A stretch of DNA of 54,498 nucleotides from positions 1-54,498 of the IMG/VR virus record IMGVR_UViG_3300021425_000050; one strand, given 5' to 3'. The stretch comes from a virus. Lineage: Duplodnaviria > Caudoviricetes. Each line of letters opens with the position of its first letter. The stretch's first letter is position 1. A model generated the notes under the pieces. That model worked only from the letters and a program-made list of their open reading frames with translations. It made no database searches and was not told where the DNA came from. The translations under genes were made by a program, and so were the position numbers. Positions 38,909 to 48,511 of the stretch are shown here, piece after piece.

Positions 38909-39029
38909 TTATCATATCATATGAAATTGACCTCGCAAAGGGGTTTTCAAAAATAAATTTCAAAAACACAAATAGAATAAATATTAAAAACCACTTACAA
39001 AAACAACGGTTTTACTGTATTATATACAC

Positions 39030-39584
39030 ATGACTAAGAAAAAAGACCCTAAAAAGGCAGAACACTATGTTAACAACAAAGAGTTCACTCAAGCAGTCGC
39101 CGAGTATAACGAAGCAGTAAAACTCGCCGAATCAAAAGGCAAAACGCCACCTAGGATGACTAACTATATTGGTGAGTGTATCTATAAGATTGCAACTCGT
39201 TTATCTACTCGTCCTAATTTCATCAATTACACATACAGAGATGAAATGATATGCGATGCAATTGAGAATTGTATTCAGTATATCGGCAACTTCAATAGAG
39301 AAAAGTCAGATAACGCTTTCGCTTACATTACACAAATATGCTATTATGCATTTCTGAGAAGAATTCAAAAGGAGAAAAAACAAGTCTTCATAAAACAACA
39401 GATTATATCTGAATCAGGAATAACAGAAGATAGCTTCACAACGATTGACGGTGACACTAGAGGTATGACTAATACCAATGTTGAATGGATGCAAGACAAC
39501 ATGAATCGTGTCGAATATGAACCTAGAAAAACTAAGAGAAAATCTACAGCTAAGAAGAAAAACTTAGAAAAATTTACTGAATGA
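39030..39584 (+). CDS. gp55: Late sigma factor gp55
   Basis: HYVNNKEF, YIGEC..KIA..LS..PNF.NYTYRDEMI.D and AFAY.TQI.YYAFLRRI..EKKQ motifs. Confidence 0.95.
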   Translation: MTKKKDPKKAEHYVNNKEFTQAVAEYNEAVKLAESKGKTPPRMTNYIGECIYKIATRLSTRPNFINYTYRDEMICDAIENCIQYIGNFNREKSDNAFAYITQICYYAFLRRIQKEKKQVFIKQQIISESGITEDSFTTIDGDTRGMTNTNVEWMQDNMNRVEYEPRKTKRKSTAKKKNLEKFTE

Positions 39585-40648
39585 AAATAGCAATCTTGAA
39601 TGACACTCACGCCGGTGTTAGGGGTGATATGGTTGAGATGGCAAAGTATCAAGGTCGTTTTTACGAAGAGATATTTTTCCCATACTTAGAAGAAAACAAT
39701 ATAACCCACATCATACATTTGGGTGATTACTTTGATAGAAGAAAGTATGTAAACTTTTCTTCACTGAAATATAATAGAGAACACTTTATCGAACCAATGA
39801 TAGAGAAAGGCATTACTATGGATTTGATTCTTGGTAATCATGATGTCTATTATAAGAATACAAACGAAGTGAATGCACCTGAGTTATTACTATTCAATGA
39901 GGCGAACATCAATGTTATTGATGAACCGATTGTCAAAGAATACGATGGCGTAAATCTAGCACTAGTGCCTTGGATTAATAATGAGAACTATGCTGATAGT
40001 ATAGACTTCTTGTTAAGTGCTAATGCAGATACTTGTATGGGTCACTTTGAAATCGAGGGCGCTCTGATGATGCCAGGCATGACATGTCAACATGGTCTAG
40101 ACCACACTTATTTAAAACGATTTGACAAAGTATACAGTGGTCACTTTCATCAGAAATCAGAAGTAAAGAACATCAGATATCTTGGTTCTCAAATGCAATT
40201 CACATGGTCAGATTATGGCGATGAGAAATACTTTCATGTGTTTGATACAGATACAAGAGAGATGGCACCGATACACAATCCACTAACTATGTTTGAAAAG
40301 TTATTCTATGATGATAGTAAAGAATCTTTTGAAACATTATCAAATAAAGATTACACAAAATACACAGGCAAATTTACAAAGGTAATTGTTGTTAACAAAG
40401 ATAACCCATATTGGTTTGATACTGTTATTGATAAATTACATGAGTCGAATCCTTTACATGTATCAGTCGTTGATGACCATAAACATATGGACTTGATGGA
40501 CGATGATGATATAGAAGGAGTCGAAGACACATTGACCATACTAGAAAAATATATCGATGGTTTAGAAATACAAGGTCAGAAAAAACCACTATTCGAATTA
40601 ATGACTTCATTGTATAATGAAGCGCTAGAAGAACACAATTATCTATGA
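39581..40648 (+). CDS. gp47: Recombination endonuclease subunit gp47 (Mre11-like)
   Basis: DTH.G, LGD.FD, GNHD and SGHFH phosphoesterase motifs. Confidence 0.95.
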   Translation: MKIAILNDTHAGVRGDMVEMAKYQGRFYEEIFFPYLEENNITHIIHLGDYFDRRKYVNFSSLKYNREHFIEPMIEKGITMDLILGNHDVYYKNTNEVNAPELLLFNEANINVIDEPIVKEYDGVNLALVPWINNENYADSIDFLLSANADTCMGHFEIEGALMMPGMTCQHGLDHTYLKRFDKVYSGHFHQKSEVKNIRYLGSQMQFTWSDYGDEKYFHVFDTDTREMAPIHNPLTMFEKLFYDDSKESFETLSNKDYTKYTGKFTKVIVVNKDNPYWFDTVIDKLHESNPLHVSVVDDHKHMDLMDDDDIEGVEDTLTILEKYIDGLEIQGQKKPLFELMTSLYNEALEEHNYL

Positions 40649-42360
40649 TAAATTTTAGAAAGGTACGATACAAGAACTTGTTATCGTCCGGAAATAAATT
40701 CACTACTATCGAACTCGATAGGTCCCAAACTACCCTTATCGTGGGTGACAATGGTGCAGGTAAATCTACATTGTTAGATGCTTTGTGCTTTGGTCTTTAT
40801 GGTAAAGGGTTTCGTAATCTAAAGAAAGATTTACTTATCAACTCAATCAATCAGAAAGACCTCATAGTAGAGGTTGAGTTTGACATTGGTCGTAAGAAGT
40901 ATAAAGTAATTCGTGGGGCAAAACCAAACAAGTTTGAGTTGTATGTAAATGACACACTTGTCAATCAAGATGCAACGATGAGAGATTATCAAGACCATTT
41001 AGAATCGAACATACTCAAAATGAGTTATCGTTCTTTTACACAGGTTGCGATATTAGGGTCTGCTAACTTTACACCTTTCATGCAATTAAAAAGCACTGAA
41101 AGAAGAAAGTTAGTTGAAGACTTATTAGACATTACTATTTTCTCTACTATGCAAGACATACTAAAGAAAAAGGTAACCAATCATAATGTTGAAGTGAGGG
41201 AAACAAATCACGAAGTCGAACTGCTTGAAGAAAGAATTTCAGGTTTGAATGACCAGATGCAAGCACTTCAAAAGAATCGTGATAAGCGTATCAAAAAGTA
41301 TGAATCTACAGTGACCGAAACGCAAGATAATATAAACAAAATCTTAGGGGAAGTAGATGAAAAGAAAAAAGATGTGGTGGAGAAAACACGACTTATCTCG
41401 GATAAAGATGCTGAAGCGAATAGACTTAATGAAGCAGTTGAATTGGAGAAACAACTCGAAACTGCTCGAAAGAAAGCAATTGCAGATGTCAAGTTCTATG
41501 AGGAAAATGACGACTGCCCAACATGTAAGCAGGGTCTAGATGAGGAACATAAGAAGAAACACATTGCGGAGAGACAATCAAAGGCGAAGGAAATCCGTTC
41601 AGCGCTTAATCAAATTGAAGGAACAATCGAAGGAGTTAGAACAAGACTCACCGAAATCGCCGACATACAATCACAAATAGATACAGTTCAAAGAGAGATT
41701 GGGTTATTACAAACTGAAATTATATCAAATCAAAAGTATGTCGATAAGATACAAAATGAAATCAAAGTATTACAAGGTGAAATACATGATGAAAATGTAA
41801 ACGATAGATTGACTACTGCTGAAGATGATTTAGATAAATTACATTCCAAGAAACAAAGTCTAACTGATAGACAACATTACTATGACCTTGCGACAACTCT
41901 ATTAAGAGACCAAGGTGTTAGACAAAGAATCATTAAACAATATGTTCCTGTAATGAACAAGATGATAAACAAGTATCTTGCTAGTTTAGAATTCTATGTT
42001 GGATTTGAATTGAATGAATCATTTGAAGAAACAATCAAGTCTAGATTCAGAGATGTATTTAAGTATGATAACTTCTCACAAGGAGAGAAGATGAGAATTG
42101 ACCTTGCATTACTCTTTACATGGAGAAGTGTTGCAAGATTAAAGAACTCAGTTAACACAAACTTATTAATTCTAGATGAAGTGTTTGATAGTTCATTAGA
42201 CTCACAGGGTACCGATGACTTTTTAAAACTATTAAACACATTGACAGAAAAGACAAATGCATTTATCATATCACATAAGGGCGACCAATTATATGATAAG
42301 TTTGAAGAAGTAATCAGATTCGAAAAGTATAAGAACTTTAGTCGTATCGCAATTTCATAA
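40645..42360 (+). CDS. gp46: Recombination ATPase subunit gp46 (Rad50-like)
   Basis: G.NGAGKST, CPTC zinc hook, FSQGEK signature, LILDE and ISH motifs. Confidence 0.95.
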   Translation: MINFRKVRYKNLLSSGNKFTTIELDRSQTTLIVGDNGAGKSTLLDALCFGLYGKGFRNLKKDLLINSINQKDLIVEVEFDIGRKKYKVIRGAKPNKFELYVNDTLVNQDATMRDYQDHLESNILKMSYRSFTQVAILGSANFTPFMQLKSTERRKLVEDLLDITIFSTMQDILKKKVTNHNVEVRETNHEVELLEERISGLNDQMQALQKNRDKRIKKYESTVTETQDNINKILGEVDEKKKDVVEKTRLISDKDAEANRLNEAVELEKQLETARKKAIADVKFYEENDDCPTCKQGLDEEHKKKHIAERQSKAKEIRSALNQIEGTIEGVRTRLTEIADIQSQIDTVQREIGLLQTEIISNQKYVDKIQNEIKVLQGEIHDENVNDRLTTAEDDLDKLHSKKQSLTDRQHYYDLATTLLRDQGVRQRIIKQYVPVMNKMINKYLASLEFYVGFELNESFEETIKSRFRDVFKYDNFSQGEKMRIDLALLFTWRSVARLKNSVNTNLLILDEVFDSSLDSQGTDDFLKLLNTLTEKTNAFIISHKGDQLYDKFEEVIRFEKYKNFSRIAIS

Positions 42361-42368
42361 ATAAGAAT

Positions 42369-43010
42369 ATGTATCAATTAGTAGAAGAAGCAGCAAATGT
42401 ATTAAGAACACCTCCTGAGGTGTTTGACTTTGAAAACCCGCCTGAGTCACCAGAACTCATAGCACAAAAAATGTCTGAAGCAATGGATAAATTTGGGGGT
42501 ATGGGTCTATCTGCTAATCAAGTTGGTCTACCATATAGAATGTTTGTAATGAAAACTATGATAGACGGAGAAGCAGTAAACAAACCTTATTTCAATCCTG
42601 AGTTAGTAAGAGTATCACAGGAAACAGATTTGATGAAAGAAGGTTGTTTGTCGTTTCCAGATTTATATTTGATGATTAAAAGGTCATCAACAATTGAATT
42701 AAAATACCAAGATGTAGAAGGTAAAGAACACACTGTTATGTTAGAAGGCATCGGTGCAAGATGTGTTCAACATGAAGTTGACCATCTCAATGGTATTATA
42801 TTTCTTCAAAGGGCATCACGCTTAAAAATAGAAAGAGCGATGAAAGCACGCCCTAAAGAGAAGAGGAAAAGAGAAGAGTATGAAGCAAGAATGGCCTACG
42901 CCAGAGCTCTCCAAGAACATATGCGAGCCAAAGATGATAAGAAATCTGCTGACTCCACAGAAGTGTCAGGAGATGATAACCTGGTTCAAGAATCATCGAC
43001 ATCTGATTAA
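42369..43010 (+). CDS. def: Peptide deformylase
   Basis: GMGLSANQVG, EGCLS and QHEVDHLNG motifs. Confidence 0.93.
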   Translation: MYQLVEEAANVLRTPPEVFDFENPPESPELIAQKMSEAMDKFGGMGLSANQVGLPYRMFVMKTMIDGEAVNKPYFNPELVRVSQETDLMKEGCLSFPDLYLMIKRSSTIELKYQDVEGKEHTVMLEGIGARCVQHEVDHLNGIIFLQRASRLKIERAMKARPKEKRKREEYEARMAYARALQEHMRAKDDKKSADSTEVSGDDNLVQESSTSD

Positions 43011-43545
43011 TGTTGGAGACGGTTCTGATTACACAGGTATCAGAATCATGCATATCCGAAATGATGAACTCAGAGGTGAGATTAAGAAACTTTACATAAA
43101 TCTTACTGGTGAAATTCGTAAGTTAGGAGACCAAGTTGTCTATCCTGAAATGATGTCTATTAATGAATGGCCTATTGGGGGTGTTCAATCACCACACTTA
43201 GATACATATTCGAATCAACAATTTCAAGAGAATACACACGAAGAAACTCCTTCCAGAGAGTGGACTTGTATTTTATATCTGAATGATAATTATAAAGGTG
43301 GTAGAACTTATATACCAAAAGGTGAAGTATTCGAACCAGAAACAGGTTCAGGTTTACTATTTCAAGGTATCTACATTCCACACGGTGTCGAAAAGGTAAG
43401 AAGACACCCAAGATATACTATATCATTTTGGTTCACTACAGATTACAAGAGACACTTTCCAGACAAACCAACCTCAGTAAATCCTGAGGAGTTCGAAAAC
43501 GAAGACGCCTTCTTAAAAAGATACCCCAATCCACAATGGGGTTGA
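42934..43545 (+). CDS. 2OG-Fe(II) oxygenase
   Basis: PHLD, ILYLNDNYKGG and HGVEKV....RYTI..W motifs. Start is uncertain (42880 or 42934). Confidence 0.8.
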   Translation: MIRNLLTPQKCQEMITWFKNHRHLINVGDGSDYTGIRIMHIRNDELRGEIKKLYINLTGEIRKLGDQVVYPEMMSINEWPIGGVQSPHLDTYSNQQFQENTHEETPSREWTCILYLNDNYKGGRTYIPKGEVFEPETGSGLLFQGIYIPHGVEKVRRHPRYTISFWFTTDYKRHFPDKPTSVNPEEFENEDAFLKRYPNPQWG

Positions 43546-43571
43546 CAATGACCTCCGTTTTTTTATACCAT
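43542..43571 (+). promoter_or_regulatory. Sigma70-type early promoter, copy 1
   Basis: TTGACA-ATGACC...TTTTTTT-A-TACCAT with an 18-nt spacer. Confidence 0.75.
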
Positions 43572-43599
43572 AGTAGTATAAATCGAAACGGAGGACATT

Positions 43600-43854
43600 A
43601 TGGGACACCCAACAAATACACATATCTTTAAACAGATATCAGAAACCTTTGAACAGGTTGCTAAAGTAAACGACTCACAATCGAAGATGATTGATACAGT
43701 AATCGACATCTTTGAAAAGTTGGTCGAAGTCAATGATAATTTAGAGAGTAAAATCAGCGAGTTACAATCAACCGTTGATACTTTAGATTCTACAATCAAT
43801 TCTCTAGAGTCAGATATAAGTTCATTACAGTCAGATGTTAACTCCTTATCCTAG
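43600..43854 (+). CDS. Small coiled-coil protein
   Basis: SD GGAGG. Heptads LESKISE LQSTVDT LDSTINS LESDISS LQSDVNS. Confidence 0.7.
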   Translation: MGHPTNTHIFKQISETFEQVAKVNDSQSKMIDTVIDIFEKLVEVNDNLESKISELQSTVDTLDSTINSLESDISSLQSDVNSLS

Positions 43855-43857
43855 GGG

Positions 43858-43887
43858 TTGACAGTGACCATCATTTTTTGATACCAT
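43858..43887 (+). promoter_or_regulatory. Sigma70-type early promoter, copy 2
   Basis: TTGACA-GTGACC...TTTTTT-GA-TACCAT with an 18-nt spacer. Confidence 0.75.
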
Positions 43888-43893
43888 TATATT

Positions 43894-46299
43894 ATGACTG
43901 AGAAATTAAAAACACAAAAATCATCACTTGCTAAATTGATGGCAACAGAAAATCTTACTGTTGTTCATAAGAAGATACCAACTGCATACTTCGACATTCA
44001 GAATAGGATACTTGCTTGTCCTACTTTCAAAGAAGACATGTCGCCAGAACTTTATGACTTGTTTATGGGTCACGAAGTTGGTCATGCATTGAATACACCT
44101 TTCGAGGGTTTGCATTCTACTCTTAAAGAAAATAGAACTCTAAAGGGTTATCTTAATGTTGTAGAAGATGTCAGAATCGAGAAAGCAATCAAAAACAAAT
44201 ATGCAGGTCTTAGAAAGTCTTTCTACAAGGCATACAATGAACTTATGGAAAAAGACTTCTTCGGTATCAAAGATAGAGACCTTCAAACACTTTCATTGAT
44301 TGACAAAATCAACTTGATTACTAAGTGTGGTTCAAGAGTTTCAATTGAACTTACTGATGTTGAACAATCTTACTTAGATATGGCAGAAGCATGTAAGACA
44401 TGGGAAGATGTTGTTGCTTGTGCTGAGGCAATCTACGAGTATTCTAAAGAGAATGAAACTAGAGATGAGAACGATGAGAATCTAGTAAAGACTCTTATGG
44501 ATGACCTTGACATTGACAACGATGAAGACGAAGACGAAGAAGATGATTTAGAATCTTCATTCAACGGTGGCGAACAAGAAGAAGGCGATGAGTATGAACA
44601 AGAAGAAACTTACGGCAGTAATGCTACTGGTGATTCTCTTCCTGATATAGACGAAGAAGAACAAGAAGAGTCTGATGAAGAAGACGAAGGCAATATCAAG
44701 TCAACAGGTTCAATCGCTGGCAAAATGGGTGGGTCATACGATGGTCAAGACGGTGCTAGAGAATCAATCACTGAACAAAATGCTCACAACAACGAAGATA
44801 TGTTTGTTGATGAGAATGCTTGTGTCAACACTAACATCAATCTAAAAGAAATTGACTTCACTAAAATTGCTAAAGATAGTTTGTATTCTTATAAAGAAGT
44901 TCTTAACGATTGGAGAAAGTATGCTTCAGAAGAATCAATCTCAGAATACTACAAAGATGGCATAGAAGTTAGAGAGAATCTTAGACCACATAACATGTTG
45001 TTAGGTGATGTTTACAGAAGACATCTTCAAAACAAAAACAAAAAGATTGTTGCTCATATGGCAAAAGAGTTCGAGATGAGACAAACTGCTCAGAGAAGTG
45101 CTAAAGCATTTACTGGTAAGTCAGGTGAACTTGATATGAACAGACTTGCTAAGTATCAAATTATTGATGATGTTTTCAAAAGAGTAACTTACTTACCAGA
45201 TGGCAAGAACCATGGTGTCAATGTTTTACTTGACTGGTCAGGTTCTATTGCTAACGAGTTGTCAGACTTGATTGAACAATCAATGATACTTGCAGAGTTC
45301 TGTAAAAAAGTTCAGATACCTTTCAGAGTTTATGCTTTCTCAGATGTAATCAATAGAAAAGAAGATGCTGATTCATGGGAAAGAGATTCAGGTATGCTTG
45401 TTGAGTTCTTGTCTAACGAGATGTCAAATAGAGAATATACTGAGATGCTTTCTTACATTTCTTGTATTCTTGTTTCTAAGATACATGACGACATGTTCGG
45501 TTGGAGAGAAGTTAAAGAGAAACAAGCAAACGCTTACAATGCAATCTTCGGCGAAGTCAACTACTTCGATAGAGAGACTACTAGTTATTACGACCCAAGA
45601 TTTGAGAAATGGAATATGTTCCCAAGAGAGTATGGTCTAGGGGGCACACCTCTTAATCATGCAATTGCTTGTTTAAGATACTGGTTGCCAGAGTTCAACA
45701 AGAAGTATGGCATCGAGAAGTCAATACTAACAGTTATCACTGATGGTTTCAGTCATGAATCTCACCTCTTCAATAAGACTGAGGCAGAGAGAAAAGATTT
45801 CGATTCACAAACCCAAGATGAAGAATATTCTTGGAGAATCAAAAACAGAAGAAACATTATTGACCCATACTTGAACAAAGTATATGAGTATGAAGTTTCA
45901 GAAGGTTATGGCAGAGACTACTTTGGTAAAACAGGTAATCTCTTAGAGTGGGTGTCTGCTACTTGTAATGTGACAGTCACAGGTTACTTTGTCTTCTCTA
46001 AGAAGAGAGACTTCGACCAACTACTTCACAATGTTAAAGAGTTCTCAAACAAGGCATACGATGTTTCAAAAGAATGGTGGACAGAAGTCAGAAAGGTCGG
46101 CAAAGTTGTCAACATAAAAGGGTATAACAAAATGTTCTTGACAGCTGCTAGTAATCTTAGTACCATGGGTGACGATGAGTTAGATGATGAACTTATTGGC
46201 GCTAACAAAAACAGAGTGATGGCTGCCTTCAAGAGAAATCAAAAAGGTAAAACAACATCAAGATTTTTAACTAACGAGTTCATTAAGGAGATAGCATAA
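43894..46299 (+). CDS. CobT-like protein: N-terminal HExxH metallopeptidase-like domain, acidic linker and vWA domain
   Basis: GHEVGHAL, NVVED.RIE, a D/E-rich linker, MIDAS DWSGS, GGTPL and ITDG motifs. Paired with the downstream CobS-like ATPase. Confidence 0.8.
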   Translation: MTEKLKTQKSSLAKLMATENLTVVHKKIPTAYFDIQNRILACPTFKEDMSPELYDLFMGHEVGHALNTPFEGLHSTLKENRTLKGYLNVVEDVRIEKAIKNKYAGLRKSFYKAYNELMEKDFFGIKDRDLQTLSLIDKINLITKCGSRVSIELTDVEQSYLDMAEACKTWEDVVACAEAIYEYSKENETRDENDENLVKTLMDDLDIDNDEDEDEEDDLESSFNGGEQEEGDEYEQEETYGSNATGDSLPDIDEEEQEESDEEDEGNIKSTGSIAGKMGGSYDGQDGARESITEQNAHNNEDMFVDENACVNTNINLKEIDFTKIAKDSLYSYKEVLNDWRKYASEESISEYYKDGIEVRENLRPHNMLLGDVYRRHLQNKNKKIVAHMAKEFEMRQTAQRSAKAFTGKSGELDMNRLAKYQIIDDVFKRVTYLPDGKNHGVNVLLDWSGSIANELSDLIEQSMILAEFCKKVQIPFRVYAFSDVINRKEDADSWERDSGMLVEFLSNEMSNREYTEMLSYISCILVSKIHDDMFGWREVKEKQANAYNAIFGEVNYFDRETTSYYDPRFEKWNMFPREYGLGGTPLNHAIACLRYWLPEFNKKYGIEKSILTVITDGFSHESHLFNKTEAERKDFDSQTQDEEYSWRIKNRRNIIDPYLNKVYEYEVSEGYGRDYFGKTGNLLEWVSATCNVTVTGYFVFSKKRDFDQLLHNVKEFSNKAYDVSKEWWTEVRKVGKVVNIKGYNKMFLTAASNLSTMGDDELDDELIGANKNRVMAAFKRNQKGKTTSRFLTNEFIKEIA

Positions 46300-46544
46300 T
46301 GGCGATAAGAATGGAAATGATAGAAACATTAAACATAGACAAGTTTCAAGAGGCGATTCAACAAATTGGTGAAGGTCCTTGCACGAAGTTTGATTGTGAT
46401 AGACAGGCACTTTGTGCTGAAGAACAAGTTGAATGTAAAGCATTCAGATATTGGGTTAACAATGATTCTTACACAACGATGAGAAAAGGTAAGAAGACCA
46501 GTATCAAGATTGACATTCAAAGATTATTAAAGGAGATTGAATAA
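46299..46544 (+). CDS. Small Cys-containing hypothetical protein
   Basis: PC....C.....C......C..F..WV pattern. Translationally coupled on both sides. Confidence 0.6.
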   Translation: MAIRMEMIETLNIDKFQEAIQQIGEGPCTKFDCDRQALCAEEQVECKAFRYWVNNDSYTTMRKGKKTSIKIDIQRLLKEIE

Positions 46545-48445
46545 TGACTTTAAAAGAAATGACAGAAAAAAGCATGATAGATAATGTTTACTTAGAACCA
46601 AAGAAATTAAAGAAAACTAAAAAAAGAAAGTTGATAGAAGATATTGAAAAAATTGTTTTGAGTGAAATACCTAGAGATTGGGCAACTGCCACAATGCAAG
46701 AATTGAGAGAGATTCTTTTACCTAAAGATGTAAAACCTGAAAAATCACAAATGTATTTTATTCAAAACTCAGAAGCAAATAGAACACCTAATCTTACTAT
46801 ATCAAAAGTTTTAAATGATAAATTACAATATATGTTTAGAATAGGTTGTGGTCTTGGTTCGTTTATGCTTTTACCTGTTAGTTGGATTACTGATGAGAAT
46901 TCTACATTCACTGTTTGTCTAATGAAAGATAGGGGTCATATTACAGTAATTATATGTGAATACTATTCAGTTCAATTCTCAATGAGTGTTATGAAAAACA
47001 ATCTTAATAAAGTATTGACAAACTACAAGTCAATAAGAAATTATAAGAAAGACACATCATTTGGGCCTGCTGTTAAAATTATGGAAGATGTAATGAGTTA
47101 TTTAGAAATAGAATCTAAAAGACAAAAAGACAACGGTGTAAAGAAAGCAGACCAAACAGTTTCAATTGAAATGATATGCAACAATGTTCCTGATTTTGAT
47201 AAGGCATTAAACAATTATAAGGTGGGTATAGAAGTTGCAAAAGAATCTATGGCTCAACATATAAAAGAAGTTAAAGCTATTAACAATGGGCAAAATCCAT
47301 GGATTGATTATCAATTAGCAAACTCAGACTTTACTGTAGCTGTCATGGCAGCTGATGGTTCATCTGATTATCTAAAAACAATATTAAGAAGTGACGACCT
47401 TTCACATTATGCTAGTGAACTGCCTGCTTTTAATGGAGAATCAAAATGTGTTTTTTCAAGTTCAACTGATTCTTATAAGAGAAGAATCAATGAGTTTTAC
47501 GAACCAACTGCATTTAAACTATTAGCACTGAGAGAACATACTGAGTTTGCAAACAGAGGTTCGTATTATCATAATTCTAATGACAAAGAAATATCTACTA
47601 TCTTATGGGCATTACATGATAAGGGTGTAGATTTCGAAACAGCAAAAAAAGAATTAGATATTCTCAATAAGATTGCAATGAATCCTCAATGGGAAAAATT
47701 TGAAGAAGCTAGATTGAAATTAATCAGTGAACAAGATGATACAATCGATACTACTAATCTACAAGATGCTTCTGTCGGAAAAGAAGATATGGGTTCTGCT
47801 TGTGTTGATATGTGTAGAGAATTAATATCAAAAGTTCCAGGTATGAAAGATAGAATTCAAGACGATATTATTGATAGAGCAACTGTTATCGGCATAAAGT
47901 GTTTAATTGAAGCAATGACAGAAGTAGCAGAAGATGAATTAATAGTAGCACCGAAAAGTATGGATTCAAGATTCGACTTAATAGTTTTAAATGCTTTTGA
48001 TATAGCTGTAAAAGAAGTAAAAAGTGGAAAAGAGTTATCAAAATCTGAATTAAAAGATATACATCTTCAATCTATATCAGATTGCATACCAAATCAAAAA
48101 CAATTCGAAGTTATCAAATTTACAAACAAATCTTTAAATGATAAGTTAGAATTTTCTACTATAAATTTAGCAACAGGTGAAAAAATTGAGTTAGGAAGAA
48201 AAATGAAAGATGATGGTTACACCTTAGAAAACACCTTTGCTCAACAAAAGCATCATAATCATTCAGAAGTAATGTATTCAAACAATGGCAATTATGACTT
48301 TGAAGATACAAAAGCTTACTGGTCATGGTATGCTGCTGAGAACCTAAGGTTAGTAAATGAAAATTATGATTATCTTATTAAGAATAAACTTTTAAAAGTC
48401 ATTACTGATGCTGAAGAATTAAATAAATGTTTTAACGGTGGTTGA
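46544..48445 (+). CDS. Hypothetical 633-aa protein
   Basis: Long ORF with no confidently recognised family. Possible degenerate HNH-like C-terminus. Confidence 0.6.
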   Translation: MTLKEMTEKSMIDNVYLEPKKLKKTKKRKLIEDIEKIVLSEIPRDWATATMQELREILLPKDVKPEKSQMYFIQNSEANRTPNLTISKVLNDKLQYMFRIGCGLGSFMLLPVSWITDENSTFTVCLMKDRGHITVIICEYYSVQFSMSVMKNNLNKVLTNYKSIRNYKKDTSFGPAVKIMEDVMSYLEIESKRQKDNGVKKADQTVSIEMICNNVPDFDKALNNYKVGIEVAKESMAQHIKEVKAINNGQNPWIDYQLANSDFTVAVMAADGSSDYLKTILRSDDLSHYASELPAFNGESKCVFSSSTDSYKRRINEFYEPTAFKLLALREHTEFANRGSYYHNSNDKEISTILWALHDKGVDFETAKKELDILNKIAMNPQWEKFEEARLKLISEQDDTIDTTNLQDASVGKEDMGSACVDMCRELISKVPGMKDRIQDDIIDRATVIGIKCLIEAMTEVAEDELIVAPKSMDSRFDLIVLNAFDIAVKEVKSGKELSKSELKDIHLQSISDCIPNQKQFEVIKFTNKSLNDKLEFSTINLATGEKIELGRKMKDDGYTLENTFAQQKHHNHSEVMYSNNGNYDFEDTKAYWSWYAAENLRLVNENYDYLIKNKLLKVITDAEELNKCFNGG

Positions 48446-48471
48446 CAATGACCACAACTTTTTAGTACCAT
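48442..48471 (+). promoter_or_regulatory. Sigma70-type early promoter, copy 3
   Basis: TTGACA-ATGACC...TTTTT-AG-TACCAT with an 18-nt spacer. Confidence 0.75.
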
Positions 48472-48511
48472 AATAACTGATGAGAAAAACTACTATTAAA
48501 AAGGAGACGAT

